This document shows positions 19,632 to 32,196 of a stretch of 64,000 nt of DNA, piece after piece. The notes under the pieces were generated by a model. It worked only from the letters and a program-made list of their open reading frames with translations. It was not told the origin of the DNA and did no database searches. The position numbers were made by a program, and so were the translations under genes. Position 1 is the first letter of the stretch; each line of letters starts with the position of its first letter. Source of the DNA: Phyllobates terribilis (lineage: Eukaryota); contig NW_027362762.1 of the NCBI RefSeq assembly GCF_046119375.1, positions 928,388,001-928,452,000 on the forward strand, read 5' to 3'.

Positions 19632-22069
19632 CAAGATGGGCTCAATATGGGGATCATATATACCAGGATGGGGGCCATATATACCAGGATGAGGGTTATA
19701 TATAACAGGATGAGCCCAATATGGGGATCATATATATCAGGATGGTACAAGGATAGGGCACATATACAGGATGGGGGACATTAGTACAGATTTGGGGGAC
19801 ATTACACCCATAACAGTGTCAACAGCAGATTTCCCCCATAACAGTGCGTCATGACCACAAATTTTGCTTCAATTTTTTTTTATATTTTCCTCCTCTAAAA
19901 CCTAGGTGCGTCTTATGATCTGGTGCATCTTATAATCCACAAAATACGGTAGGGTAGTTAAAGTAGTTCTTTAGTTTAAAAAAAAATAATCATATTGACG
20001 AATGAGCTCTATGTGATGCCTAATTTACCCTGTAGAGGCACTGCAGGGAAATTTGAACAGTTACTCCTAGGTTTCCAAACAGATCATAGCTGATCACTGG
20101 AGACCTATAGGGGGACAGTTTGTGATCAGCTTAGTGCAAAATAGCTTACTCTCCAAAAATGTGCGGGAAGCTCCAGGGAAAAGGGGAGACCTCCTGGGCA
20201 AGTAGGCAATTTTCGTACACCTGAGTAAAATGAAACAAAACCTCCAAGACATGCACACTGCGCACCAACACATTTCCTGAAAGCCAACTGGCTAAAATTG
20301 GCAAATATGGCTTGTCGTTAAGGGACTCTTCTAACTGGTCGGAATCATGTAGGAGTTATCTGTGATGAGGTTAGGTTGTATGTGGTTGTAGCTTTAAGAA
20401 TAATTCCTAAAACAGGAGGTTATCTCACCACTGGGATCTCCAGCGATCCCAAGATTTGGGTTTTCTCTGGAACCTTGGAACCGGACTCTGTCCAGAATGG
20501 AGATAATTGAGCGCTGTGCACAACTTTTCTCCGGCAGTCCCATGGACAATAAATGGAGCAGTAGTTGAGCATGCTCACCTCCACTCCTTTCAAAATGGGG
20601 CGGTGTCAATCCTGGTCCCAAGATTACAGAGAGAGTCTCGTTCTTGAGATCCCTGGGTGTCTGAGCAACTGGTAAGTTATTCGCTACCCTGTCACATTAA
20701 CATAAGATTAAAATTATGTGACATAGGCCTCAATATATAGAGAGTTCTCAAGGCAAACGTAAAACATGGAATGTTCGGAGCCGGTTTAGTGATCCTGGAC
20801 AGTGATCCCTACACAATGTGTGCAGCACAGGAGAAGACCTGTAGAAGGGACATGATATCGGCTTTAGTAATTACTTGCAGACCGCTTCAGTTTACTCATA
20901 CATTTCTAGGAGGTAATACAGGAATGTCACAAAGCAGAGTTCTAAGAAAAGATGCTTCACCATAGTTCATGTGGAAGGCAAGTATTACTATCACAGACAT
21001 GTCACGAATGGCGACAGATCACTTTTAAATGGTGTTTTGAACATTTAGAGACTATCCTTACAAATAAATTTAGATCTAAAATATTCTGATCTTCTCAAAC
21101 TACGGAAATAAGTGGCTTAATAGAGCAATTTGGAACACATTTACAGTACTTATGTAATTAAAGATTTACAGGTCGAAATCCCAAGTACAGTATTCCTAGA
21201 ATTACCCTTTTAATTGGTTCTCTCATGCTGCTTCATGGGCCAGTCGTGATAATGGTCAGCAGTCAGACGGCTGCGTTTTTTTTTTTTTATGAACAAATCT
21301 CCGTGGATGAATATGTAAGCCTTTAAATGGTGGATTACTGTACACATACAGCCTGGGAAATATTTTACATTTTTTTCCAGCTTTGAATAAGCTGTAGTTT
21401 TCAAGGTTATTTTACAAAGTAATTAGATTGTCACTATGGCAGTATCCTACGGTGTGGAACACTGAGATATTCTAACACGGCACATAATGGAGAATTAGAA
21501 AGTTGTTAGAACAGCAGGTTTTGGTATCTGAAAGGTATAATCTAGTAATGTGGCGATTACTTGCAGTCTAGATGGACCCTACTAATGGACCTATAGACCA
21601 TCGGTGTCTATTTGGATCCATTGGTAAACTGGACTGTGGGCAAAAAAAGAGCAAAAGGTGGATCACTGAGGAGTGGAAAAATTTGGCCTGGTAAGAGAAA
21701 TCCAAATGTCTGTTGCACCATGCCGATATGGGGTCAGCATTTGAGGCACGCAGCATGAATCAGTGAACGCATACAGTCATGTGTCCAAAGTTCAAGCTGG
21801 TGGAGGTGTGGGAGGGTTTTCTTGGTATCTCGCTGGATCCTCTTGTACCTGTAGCCATGTCCCTTTCCATGTCCTGTTCTTAGCCTCATAAATGTGCATT
21901 TGGGGGCAGTGGCGTAGTCTTAAGACAAGGAATCTCTAAGCCATGCAAAGGAAAGCCTTTAGGGACTACCACATAGCAGGTGGTTCCTGGGAGAATTTTC
22001 AACTCCTCTAGGAGTCTAGAAAGTCTCCCCTTTTTCTGGATGCATAATAGATGTTTCAGGAAAGTTAGC

Positions 22070-22900
22070 AAGTGGACACAATATAGTCAAAAGTATTGTG
22101 TTCCCTCCACATTACACGTATGGGAGCTTCTCTCACCTCCCATTCTAAATCCATAGACATTAATATGGAGTTAGTCACTTTTTGCAGTTATAACAGCTTC
22201 TACGCCTTTCTACATTTTAGACGTCTCTGTGGAAATTATTGTCCATTTACTCAGAAGAGCATTTGTGAGGTCAGACCCTGATATTGGGGAGAGGTCAGGC
22301 TCACAATCTCCATTCTAATTCATCCAAAAGGTGTTGGATGAAGTTGAGGTTTGGGTTCTGTGCACTCTGTCATGGACCTTGTGCACTGGGCACAGTCATG
22401 GGAAACAGAAACGAGTCTTCCCCAATCTGTTCCCACAAAACTGGAACCTACAATTGACTAAAATGTCTTGTTATGCTGAATTATTAAGAATTACCCTTCA
22501 CTGGAACTAAGGGACCAAGGCCGACCCCTGAAAATAAGCCCACTAAACCATACAGCGGACACAATGCAGTCAGATGGGTAACATTCTCCTGGCAGTCACC
22601 AAACCCAAACTAGTTCATCAGATGCCAGATAGAGAAGTGCAATCCTTCACTCCACAGAACACATTTCCACTGCTATAGAGTCCAGTGGTGACGACTTCAT
22701 ACCACTCCATCCGATGCTCGGCATTGTGCTTGGTGATGTACGGCTGCGTGCAGTTGCTCAGCCATGAAGTTCCCAGTAGGGGGCGCAGTGTTTGTGCTGA
22801 TCTTATACCAGAGGAGATTCTGGATTCTGCAGTTATGGAACGGTGGTGACTTTTCTGCCCTCTGCTCCTCAGCAATCGGGCACTCGCTCTGTAACGTTAC
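22070..22900 (-). pseudogene. Degenerate Tc1-type transposase remnant
   Basis: Fragments such as PYITKHNAEHRMEW resemble the Tc1 region before WSDE; a TIR-like ...AAAAGTATTGTG lies near 22085; many stops. Boundaries approximate. Confidence 0.55.
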
Positions 22901-24689
22901 GGGGTCTCCATTTTGCAGCTGGGTTGGAGCAATTCCTTCCACTTCTCAATATCACTCACAGATGATGTGGGAAGATTTAGGAGGGGCAATGGGGCTGGAT
23001 GTTATATATTGGGGGTCGAGGAGTCGGACGCTATACAAGAAACGTGAAATGCTAAATAAAATACAGTCTTTGTTTTTATGCTTATTTATTTAATTTATTT
23101 CCACATTATTAATATATTTTCTTTCTTTTTTTCTTTCGATGAAATTGAAATATGTGTGCCCCTTGATGGTTCATTAATTCTGAGATCTGAGTGGTAACAT
23201 AACCATAACAATAATCACAGCTTAGCCTGGAACAGCCCCGTCTTTCAAACTCTCCCAGGATCCAAATCCAAACCACATTCATAGTAGTATTGGATTTTTT
23301 GCAATAATTCCAGCCGACAGATGAGAAAATGAAATGAAAAGGGGCCCCTTGCCACCAATTATAGCCCTTCATTATGCAGCAAATATGTCTCTTCTGTTTA
23401 TAAGTGATGACATTAAACTGAACTCACTCCCAACGCAAACAGGAGATTCGATGTTGTGCTGCCAGGATGACTTCAAATCACAGTGTCACCGGTGTATAGA
23501 TTTGGATTGGCTTTGTATACAAGGGCCAAGCTTCAGTATACCTCAAACTGATGCATGACTCCAATGCAATTGCTTTAATGAACAACTAAATACCAATGCA
23601 CTGCCATATACGATTATTGCCATACCAAAAATAGCAAAACAAGTTCAGAAAAGAAATAAATGCTACAAATCTCCTATGTCATGTTATTTATGTGATATTT
23701 ATCTATTAAAGCATGTAGACAGTCTTCAGAAGTGAGCGGATATTTTGAAATTCAAATTCACAGACTTCACCAAAATTTCCAAAAAAGTCCCGAGTTGAAG
23801 TACTGGAAAGCTTGTAATTGCTCAGTGTGACATGCAGAAGTAGTGCTGTTGCTTCAAAAGCATCCAGCAGCTATTAGAAGTAACACAAGCACAGGAGAAA
23901 GGAGGTGTGCTCCAGAAGCAACCAGCAACTAGAGTTGTTAACACAGTCACAGGAGACAGGGAGTGTTTTAGCAGAGCCCCAGGGGGATTGTGGGGAAGTT
24001 GTTTACTGTCTGGCTGGAGCTGAAGAGAAAGGTAGTGTGTGTGTGATCTGTATCTCACAGCAGGCAAGGGAACAGAATTCAGGTCAGGAGTGAAGCTAAA
24101 CACAGGTCAGATAGACTCCCTGAACTAACAGTGCAGAGTATTATACGGCAGAAAGATAAGGACTGGATGGAATCGTGTCACGGGGATCATCTCCCTCATC
24201 AAACCCTCCCGTCCTCCATCTCCATGCAGGATAAAGAATTCTGTGCACTATTGTGTCCTTGTGAAGGAAAAACCTGTGGTTATGTATGCATAGAAGTGTG
24301 CTGCTAAGAGATCTAATCTGTGCTGAATTATGCTACTGAAGAGACTGTAATATTATGCATTGTGAAGAAACTACTGTATTGTTACTGGAGCCGGTTACTC
24401 AAGAAATTCCGACTGTAGTGTAATGAAGATTGTTGCTGTAATATCCCTGAATTGCACTGGCCGTGCTTCAGATTAAATTCCACTGCTAAACTGTTGAAAA
24501 AGACTCTTGTCAGATGTGTCTGGTCAGCAATTGAATCTGTTGTGTGCCTGAGAGAAGCTGCAGCATATGGTCCTCTGAGTAATGGTTCCCCCAGAATTAC
24601 AAAGAATTCATGAAACCCGTCTCGCCCTATCTGAACCTAGCGGCGTGTGTGTAACATCAGAAAATACACATGCGGAGAGGAGCAAGAGA

Positions 24690-24860
24690 GAGGACCTCAC
24701 TGATCATAAGAGCTTTTAACTCTACGGAAGACAGAGACAACCCTGCTGACTATAAGAGCTTACACTCTATAGGAGAGAGAGAAAGAGGATCCCGCTGATC
24801 ATAAGAGCTTACAATCTACAGGAAAGAGAGAGAGACGACCCCGCTGATCATAACAGCTTA
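24690..24860. repeat. ~47-bp tandem repeat (CCCGCTGATCATAAGAGCTTACAATCTACAGG...), interrupted by the LTR insertion
   Basis: Four imperfect units directly upstream of 24861. Confidence 0.75.
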
Positions 24861-25870
24861 TAACGCGCCCCCTGGGCCGTGTGTGTAGGGGAATACCCGG
24901 AGTCGGGTCTCTGTGTAATACTGGGGGTTGTAGTCTCCGTGGCGGCGACCCGGTCCCGTGGCTCAGGGTGGTCAAACCAGTGGCGGGTCTGTTTCTTTGG
25001 TTTTGTAATATTTAAATGTCCGACTACGCCACCCGTGGATTGCGGTCACTGAGAACCGCGGCTGCGGGGCAGACCGCTGAGGCTGATGCTGTGTGCGCAG
25101 CAGAGGGTAGTATAACTCCCCATGAGAGGAGTATAGCCTCAGGGCAGCGTCGGTAGATGGTGAGGGTTGTGGTGCATGGGCGCTGCAGAAATGACTCAGA
25201 GTCTGTGCAGTGCAGTTCAGGGTCTTTACTGTTGATAATGAAGAAGGCCCTGCCGGGAGTACTGGCTAACATTAGAGGCCTGGTCAGTCTGTGAGCGAAC
25301 AAGAGTCCCCCTGGCCAGGTGGAGGTATAGGCCTTCCCGTCTGACCGCACTCTTCCTGGCTACCCTGCTGTAGTCGTGTAGTAGCCCACGTCCCTGAGTG
25401 TACCGTGTGGTGCTCACCCATATGGCTGGTGACTTGGGGCCTTTGGTGCCTTCCGCTCCTCGATGGCGGTGCTGGTCCCTTGCGTGTGACTGAGCCTCTG
25501 GGCTTTCTATGGCCAGAGGACCTGAAATCCCCTGCCAGGTGGTTTCTGCTGCTGGGTGTAGATATCCCCACAGCCTCGGACTCCGGTGTCCGGTTCTCTG
25601 CGTCTTCTGCCAGGACGAGTTCGGCTCCAGTCCCTGGTCTTCAGCTCCTGGCTCCTACAGAGCTCCTTGCCGCTGCTCTGTCCCTTTCCCTGGAACTAGA
25701 CTTCTCTGCTAACCCGCCCCAGATCCAGTATATAAAGGGCAGGTTCCTCCCCTCCCTGGACTGGGGCAGGAGGCGTGGCTTACAATAATGCTCCTGACCA
25801 GGAAAACCCATGCTCGCTCTCAGACATGGTATTTCTACCACTGTGGCAACCAGACCCCTGGGGTGCCACA
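24861..25870 (-). repeat. 3' LTR (1010 bp)
   Basis: Ends GGGTGCCACA next to the PPT; left terminus reads TA instead of TG; AGTAAA at 25225-25230; TATA-like TTTATATA near 25730. Confidence 0.92.
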
Positions 25871-26325
25871 TTCCCCCCTGGTAAATTTCAGTACTCCGGG
25901 ACTAAACATATCTTATGAAAACATAACATGACAGGGTATAAGCAATAACACAACATATATACAAGAAGTTTAGTCTTTATAGGTCACGGCGCTTCCATAA
26001 CCAGGTGTCCATGTCACCCAAGAAGTATTTTGAGGGACCCGTCCCAAACCCTCCACGTAGGCCCTGGGGTGGCTACAGGGCATCGATGATCCGACGTTGG
26101 ACCACGTCTTCAGCCACCTCCACGGGTTTTTGTTCTGTGGTCTGGGACAAAAAGGGGCACTTTACAGGTGCAACTATTTACAAGGTACAGTTCCGGTTAT
26201 TCATTGTCCATAACCTGTTAGTCCATAAACCCTGTCGGGTAACTAGAAAAAACAATTAGTATGCAGGCAACAAACATTAAACGTTTCAACAGTTGCAATA
26301 TACAGGTATTTATATCACATTACAT

Positions 26326-27708
26326 TTAGATTCTCCAGCGAGCGGGCATCTGACCTCTAGTGCTCCTGGTGGACCTACATAACACACTATCTGGTGGTGT
26401 TCTTTCTGGGTCCCCTGTTTCTACCCCTTGTGTAGTGGGCTCACTAGTGTCTGCACTACAGGTGTTTGGAGCAGTTTTGGGTAGGCTGGGCAGCTTTCTG
26501 CGTACTCTTTGGCTTACTACGGGCACGGCAGGCTCACTACTAGCAGAGGGTTGATTGTCCTGGGCTGCTGGTATGGAATCTTCTGCCTCCAGGGCCGGTT
26601 GCTCTCCCAACTCTACTTGCTCTTCTGTACGCCCATGAGGGGCTGGCTGGAGAAAGGTAAGGACGGGTACCACAATAGCGTTGTTAATTTGTGTCCAGGA
26701 CCGGGGAAATTCTCCGAGTACTGTACTGACCATTTCTTCCCTTTCCTCTGCGGGTTGAGGGCTATCTTGGTCTTCATCAGTGCTTTGCAGCTGCTCGGGA
26801 CACTTCTTCAGGTGGTCTCTGGAGACAGTGGCTGTGGTCTCTCCTCCATCCTTACTGATAACGTAGACTTTCGGATTTTCATGGCTTGAGGGCAGTACTG
26901 TGTATGGTTCTTTCTCCCACTGGTCATCCAACTTATGGAGCCGCCTCTTCCTCTTCAAGACCTGCTCTCCAGGTGCCAGGGGAACAGCGGGAGCATGCTG
27001 GTTGTAAGTCCTCTCTTGCCTTTCTCTTGCTTGACTTCTCTCAACACTCTCCTGCACTTTCCGGTACTGCTGCTGCCATTCTGTATCCCAGTCTGCCTCT
27101 GGCGAGGTGTCCTCGGGGGTCAGGACTCCCATATCCAGGTCAATAGGCAGCTTACCAGGTCTTTCTCTCATTAGGTAAGCCGGGGTGCAGTTGGTGGAAT
27201 TTACTGGGCTGTGGTTATACAAATCCACCAGATCAGGCAGTTTTTCGGGCCACAGACTGCGTTCTTCCAAGGGCAACATTTTCAGCAAGTCTATCACCAC
27301 CTGGTTCATCTTCTCGCACAATCCGTTGGTTTGGGGGTGATAGGGCGTTGTCCTTATCCTTTTGCAGCCATACAGGTTGCAGAACTCCTGGAAGACCTCC
27401 GCTTCGAAGGCTGGACCTTGGTCAGTCAACACTTGCTCCGGATACCCGTGTGGACGGCAGAAGTGCTGCTGGAAGGCTCTAGCTGCGGTCTGAGCTGTTA
27501 AGTCCTTGACAGGGACCACTACCAGGAACCGGGAGTAATGGTCTTCGATGGTGAGGGCGTAGACGCACCCGGACCTACTTGGAGCCAGCTTCACATGGTC
27601 CAGGCTACCAGTTCTAGTGGCTGCTTGGTGATGATGGACTGCAGGGGAGTCTTCTGGCTGGCACGGTCCTTCCTTCTCAGGTTGCACGGGCCGCAGTCTC
27701 TGCACCAT
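26326..27708 (-). pseudogene. Integrase core and C-terminus (frameshifted from upstream pol at ~27606)
   Basis: LDHVKL, IEDHYSRF, TDQGPAFE and HPQTNGLCEKMN motifs; C-terminal GEQVL region. Confidence 0.92.
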
Positions 27709-29608
27709 CTCTCAATGGCCCCTTTCATGCCTACCCAGAAGAACCGTTCACGCAACAGGAACTCCAACTTCTTCCATCCAAAGTGCCCTGCTCCGTCGTG
27801 GTATGCCTTCAGGACCATAGCCGCGTCTCGTCTCGGGACCACTACCTGCCAGGTCAGCTCATGTGTCCGGGAGTTGACAATTCTCCGGCACAGCTTCCCC
27901 TTGTAGAGAAACAGTTTACTCTTCTCCTTCCAGAGCTGTTTGGTTTCTTCCGGAGCGTCTGGGTCAAGGCGGGCATCAGCCTGTGTCAGCATCTCTTTTA
28001 CCGGGTGGACAGCTGGGTCACTGTCCTGCGTCTCCGCCCAGCTGTGGTGGGGTAAGGGATTGAACGTGGCAGAGCGCCTGTCCCTTACACGGTGGGAATA
28101 CTGGGTAATCCCATGACGGTGGAACGCAGGGAGTTCAATCTCTTCCAGTTCTTCTGGATCTTCCCCTCCGTCCAGCAAGTTTGGCATTCTGGACAGGGCA
28201 TCTGCGTTGGCATTTGTGCGTCCCGCCCGGTATTTGATAGTGAACTCATAGTTGGATAGGCGGGCCATCCATCTCTGCTCCAGAGCACCAAGTCTTGCAG
28301 TGTCAAGGTGTGTCAACGGGTTGTTGTCCGTGTACACGGTGAACTTGGAAGAGGCAAGGTAATGTTTAAAGCGCTCTGTCACTGCCCATACCACCGCGAG
28401 GAACTCTAGCTTGAAGGAGCTGTAATTTTCAGGATTCCTTTCTGTGGGCTGGAGCTTCCTGCTGGCATAAGCGATTACCCGTTCTCTGCCCTGTTGGATC
28501 TGGAACAGCACCGCCCCTAGCCCGATGTTGCTCGCGTCTGTGTGGAGAATAAAAGGCTGGCCGTAATCAGGGTACGCCAGGATTTCATCCCCTGTGAGGG
28601 CCATCTTCAGCCGGCGGAAAGACTCATTCTCCAGCTGGTCCCATTTGAAGGGTGGCTTCTGGTTTTTGGCCTTCCTGGACTGGCCTATCAGGAGATCCTG
28701 CATAGGAGCGGCCATTTTGGTGAACCCGGAGATGAATCTTCGGTAGTAGCCTACCAACCCGAGGAACTGCCGCACTTCCTTTATGATGGAGGGTCTTGGC
28801 CAGTCCTTAATCACTGTGATCTTATCAGGATCTGGAGCTACTCCGTCAGCACTCACCACGTGTCCCAGGTACTGTACCTTCGGCTTCAGTAGATGACACT
28901 TGGAGGGTTTCACCTTTAGGCCGTAGCCTGCCAGGGCGTCAAACACTTCTGCCAGATGTCTCAGATGGTCCTCGTATGTTTTGGAATACACAATGACATC
29001 GTCCAGGTATAGCAGGACCGTCTCGAAATTCCAGTGCCCCAGGCAGCACTCCATCAACCGCTGGAAGGTTCCTGGCGCGTTGCAGAGCCCGAACGGCATA
29101 CAGTTGAATTCGCTGAGACCCATCGGGGTGGTGAACGCGGTCTTCTTCTTGTCGGCCTCTGCTACAGGAACCTGCCAGTACCCGCTAGTAAGATCCAAAG
29201 TGGAGAAGAAGTTAGCAGACTTTAATGCAGCTAAAGATTCCTCTATCCTAGGTAACGGGACGCATCTTTGTGTGTGATACGGTTGACCTTCCTGTAGTCT
29301 ACACACATTCTCATGGTGCCATCTTTCTTTTTCACAAGAACTAGTGGAGCTGCCCAGGGGCTACCGCTGTCCCTGATCACCCCAGCCTCCTTCATTTCTC
29401 GCAACATTCCCTTGGCATTCTGATAGTGTGCAGGGGGTACAGGTCGGTATCTTTCCTTTATGGGTGGATGGTCTCCCGTGGGGATGTGGTGTTCTACCCA
29501 CTTTACTTGCCCAAAGTCTAGCGGGTGTTTGCTAAAAACTCTTTCGTACTCCTGAATCACCCGGTAGACTCCCTGTTTGTGGTGTGGGGGAGTGGAGTCG
29601 GTGCCCAC
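27591..29608 (-). pseudogene. Reverse transcriptase, RNase H and integrase zinc finger (1-bp deletion at ~29268)
   Basis: [47 protein letters not shown] and H..GH...C..C motifs. Confidence 0.95.
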
Positions 29609-29623
29609 ATGCAGTTTCTGACA

Positions 29624-30460
29624 TCAGTTCTCCATTTGTTTCTTGGAGCCGTAACCCTCCTCTGGTTGAGATGGAGGCAAGGGTTCCACGGCCTTTATAG
29701 AATTTTGGTTAACGGTGAACAATTTGGCTAGAGTGGCATACCGGGGCAAGTATACTTCTCTTTCCCCAATATTTAGGATGCGGACGGGCACCCTCCCATG
29801 GCGTACATCGACCACCCCCCGTGCTGTCAAAATGGTGGGCCTACTGTCTGAGTAGATGGGTTCTACCATGGCTTGGTAGTCCCTTCCTCTTAACCCGATT
29901 GCAGTCTGGCACCAGATCATCATCTCACTTTTTGGGGGCATGGCGATAGGGAACGGGTAACTCATCCTAACGCTACCAATCTCACCACCAGACAGTTCTA
30001 CCTGTTGCCTTTTCATCAGGGCTCTGATCTCTTTTAGTAGGACACGCTGCTGGCTGGAGCTGGCGTTCACCGCAACCTGCTGTAATATGAGAATTATCTC
30101 TGCAAGACAATTTTCATTAACATTAGTACCCAAGGTTATCTTAGGGTGGCTTTCACGACGGTCAATGTCCACAATAATCAGTCCTTGCGCTGGTAGTTCA
30201 ACTTTACCAAATTTGATGGTCACCTCCTTGAATCCTACCTGCGGTACGGGCTGACCATTGCTTGCGATGATGCTAAAATCGTCGTCTGGGTAGTGGGTAA
30301 TATCCGAGTCATTCCAGTACCGCTTAAAAAGCACATAGGGGATGGTGGTTACCTGTGACCCGGTGTCCAGTAGTGCACTCATAGGAATGCCATCCAGCAC
30401 CACAGCCAAGACCAGTCGCCCCCTACGTACTTATCACGCCAGCTCGATGGGCCTGATGGT
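29624..30460 (-). pseudogene. Aspartic protease region of pol; nonsense codon at 29624-29626
   Basis: ALLDTGSQVT active site; the TGA is in frame with the downstream RT ORF. Confidence 0.92.
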
Positions 30461-30461
30461 C

Positions 30462-31446
30462 TTATGCCTGGGGGGTTGGCCCTCTGCCCCAGGTTGGGCC
30501 CGTTTAAATAACAGTACCTTGCCATATGTCCTGGTTGGTTGCAGCGGCGGCAGATGGGTTGTCCGTCCTCGTCGTAGCGGTTGCTGGGTCTTCCTCTGGA
30601 CGATGGGATCCTCCTCTGTTGGCGCCAAGGGACGTCCTCCGGACTGGAAGCCAGCTGGATCTTTCCTGGAGGGGACACCTGTAAAGACTGCACAGTTCTG
30701 GTTAGCGCGGCAACGCTTTTGGTCAACTCTTGGACCTGATGGTGCAGGGCTGCAGCCGGGGCTTTGTCCAAAGCCTGTGCATCAGCTCCCACATGCTCTG
30801 CAGACAAGGGCGCCGCCTCCTGGTGATAGGTGATAGCAGGGCGCCTGTGGGTTACAGCACCACCTGGTGCCGGTTCTCGGAGCACCTGGATGGCCCTGTC
30901 TTTGAACTGCGCAAAGTCCAATTCAGGGTTCTGCAAGGCCATTACCCGCAACTGGGTTCGGTGGGCGCTGGACTGTAGACCCTCAATGAACTGTTCAGTC
31001 AACAGCTTATCCTCATTCCGCACGCTGTCAGGGTCTGCCTGCTTAATGGCTCTCAGGGCATCCTGCAAATTCAAAGCATAGTCCCGTATACTGTCTTGTG
31101 CCCGCTGTTTGCATCCATAATATTTTAGTTTGATCTCTGCTGAGGTGCGGGTATCAAAAGTGTCCTTTAGATGGGCCAGTATTTCCTTTACAGTCCCCTT
31201 TTCCCTGGCTGACCAGGACTTCACTTCTCTTTGGGCAGCTCCGATTAACTGGCCTGTCAGGATGCTCACTTTTTGTTCCTCGGACAGGGGGTATAATTTG
31301 AATAGGTTATACAGTCTTTCTTTAAAGTCGCTCAGGGTATGCGACTCCCCTGAGTACTGGGGCAACCATGCCGCTCCGGGGATATACGGCATCGTGAACG
31401 GCATCACTGCGGCAGCAGCCGCGCTGGCGGTGGGAGCTTCCTCCAT
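30462..31446 (-). CDS. Gag with CCHC zinc knuckle
   Basis: CRRCNQPGHMARYC knuckle. The ORF track runs to 30379; the natural stop is inferred at 30462-30464 after removing one base from the G run at 30470-30475. Confidence 0.88.
30502..30508 (-). promoter_or_regulatory. -1 ribosomal frameshift slippery site T TTA AAC
   Basis: X XXY YYZ heptamer in the gag frame just after the zinc knuckle, at the gag/pol overlap. Confidence 0.75.
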
Positions 31447-31768
31447 TCCTGGTGTCTTCCTCCCCCCTCGTTAACCGTGGCTTACCTTCCGTTGCTTCTT
31501 CTCCGTAAGCCGCGGCTCCGCAGGCGATCGTCGGGGTCGAGGACCTTGTGTCGCGCACTGGTGACGTCGGCGTCCGCTGGGCTCCTTCCAGGACCTTGCG
31601 CAGCGTCAGTACGTAAGGCGGGGCTTTGGCTCTCGCGCGCTTTTGGCGTCCACGCCCCTCTTCTTCCCGCGCGGCGTCCCAAAAATGGCGCCCAATGGCG
31701 GGAAAATGGCTGCGGATGGCGGGAAAACGGCTGCGGATGGCGGGAAGCTTCACCACGGTATGTATCAC
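31322..31768 (-). CDS. Leader ORF ('ORF0', 148 aa) between the PBS and gag, overlapping the gag start
   Basis: ORF track; motifs RKVL...CGAAAYGEE are echoed in the element 1 leader, and FPAIGRHF is echoed in the 469-aa ORF. Confidence 0.4.
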   Translation of the reverse strand: MIHTVVKLPAIRSRFPAIRSHFPAIGRHFWDAAREEEGRGRQKRARAKAPPYVLTLRKVLEGAQRTPTSPVRDTRSSTPTIACGAAAYGEEATEGKPRLTRGEEDTRNGGSSHRQRGCCRSDAVHDAVYPRSGMVAPVLRGVAYPERL

Positions 31769-31812
31769 AGTCTTTGTTCAGGCACGCAGTACCCGGTGGT
31801 TGTGGGCACAAA

Positions 31813-31830
31813 ATCCTGCCGACTACGCCA
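31813..31830 (-). promoter_or_regulatory. Primer binding site, tRNA-Ser(AGA/TGA)-type
   Basis: ATCCTGCCGACTACGCCA, identical to 13122-13139, followed by the same AAGT spacer. Confidence 0.9.
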
Positions 31831-31834
31831 AAGT

Positions 31835-32196
31835 TGACACGCCCCCTGGGCCGTGTGTGTAGGGGAATACCCGGAGCCGGGTCTCTGTGTAATACTGGGG
31901 GTTGTAGTCTCCGTGGCGGCGACCCGATCCCGAGGCTCAGGGTGGTCAAACCAGTGGCGGATCTGTTTCTTTGGTTTTGTAATATTTAAATGTCTGACTG
32001 TGCCTCCCGTGGATTGCGGTCACTGAGAACCGCCGCTGCGGGGCAGACCGCTGAGGCTGATGTGTGCGCAGCAGAGGGTAGTACAACTCCCCACGGGAGG
32101 AGTATAGCCTCAGGGCAGCGTCGGTAGATGGTGAGGGTTGTGGTGCGTGGGCGCAGCAAAAATGACTCAGAGTCCGTGCAGTGCAGTTCAGGGTCT
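31835..32196 (-). repeat. Truncated 5' LTR (essentially U5 only)
   Basis: Matches 24861-25225 with ~19 differences counted by eye; homology stops abruptly at 32196. Confidence 0.9.

Larger units (their letters stand above)
14708..19949. mobile_element. Tc2/pogo-like non-autonomous DNA element hosting a nested Tc1 and a Helitron
   Basis: TIR CAGTATTTTGTGGATTATAACACGCA / TGCATCTTATAATCCACAAAATACGG (23/26 match), flanked by TA on both sides. Confidence 0.8.
24861..32196 (-). mobile_element. Gypsy LTR retrotransposon (gag, PR-RT-RH-INT), defective, with truncated 5' LTR
   Basis: 3' LTR 24861-25870; PPT 25871-25885; pol and gag ORFs; PBS 31813-31830; partial 5' LTR 31835-32196. Confidence 0.96.

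Noticed and set aside
24176-24656. Possible solo LTR (TGTCAC...GTAACA, with ATTAAA)
   Set aside because: The flanks (ATCG / TCAG) do not form a TSD and there is no second copy in the window.
26360-31989. Plus-strand ORFs over the Gypsy element
   Set aside because: Antisense shadows of gag-pol with no recognisable motifs.
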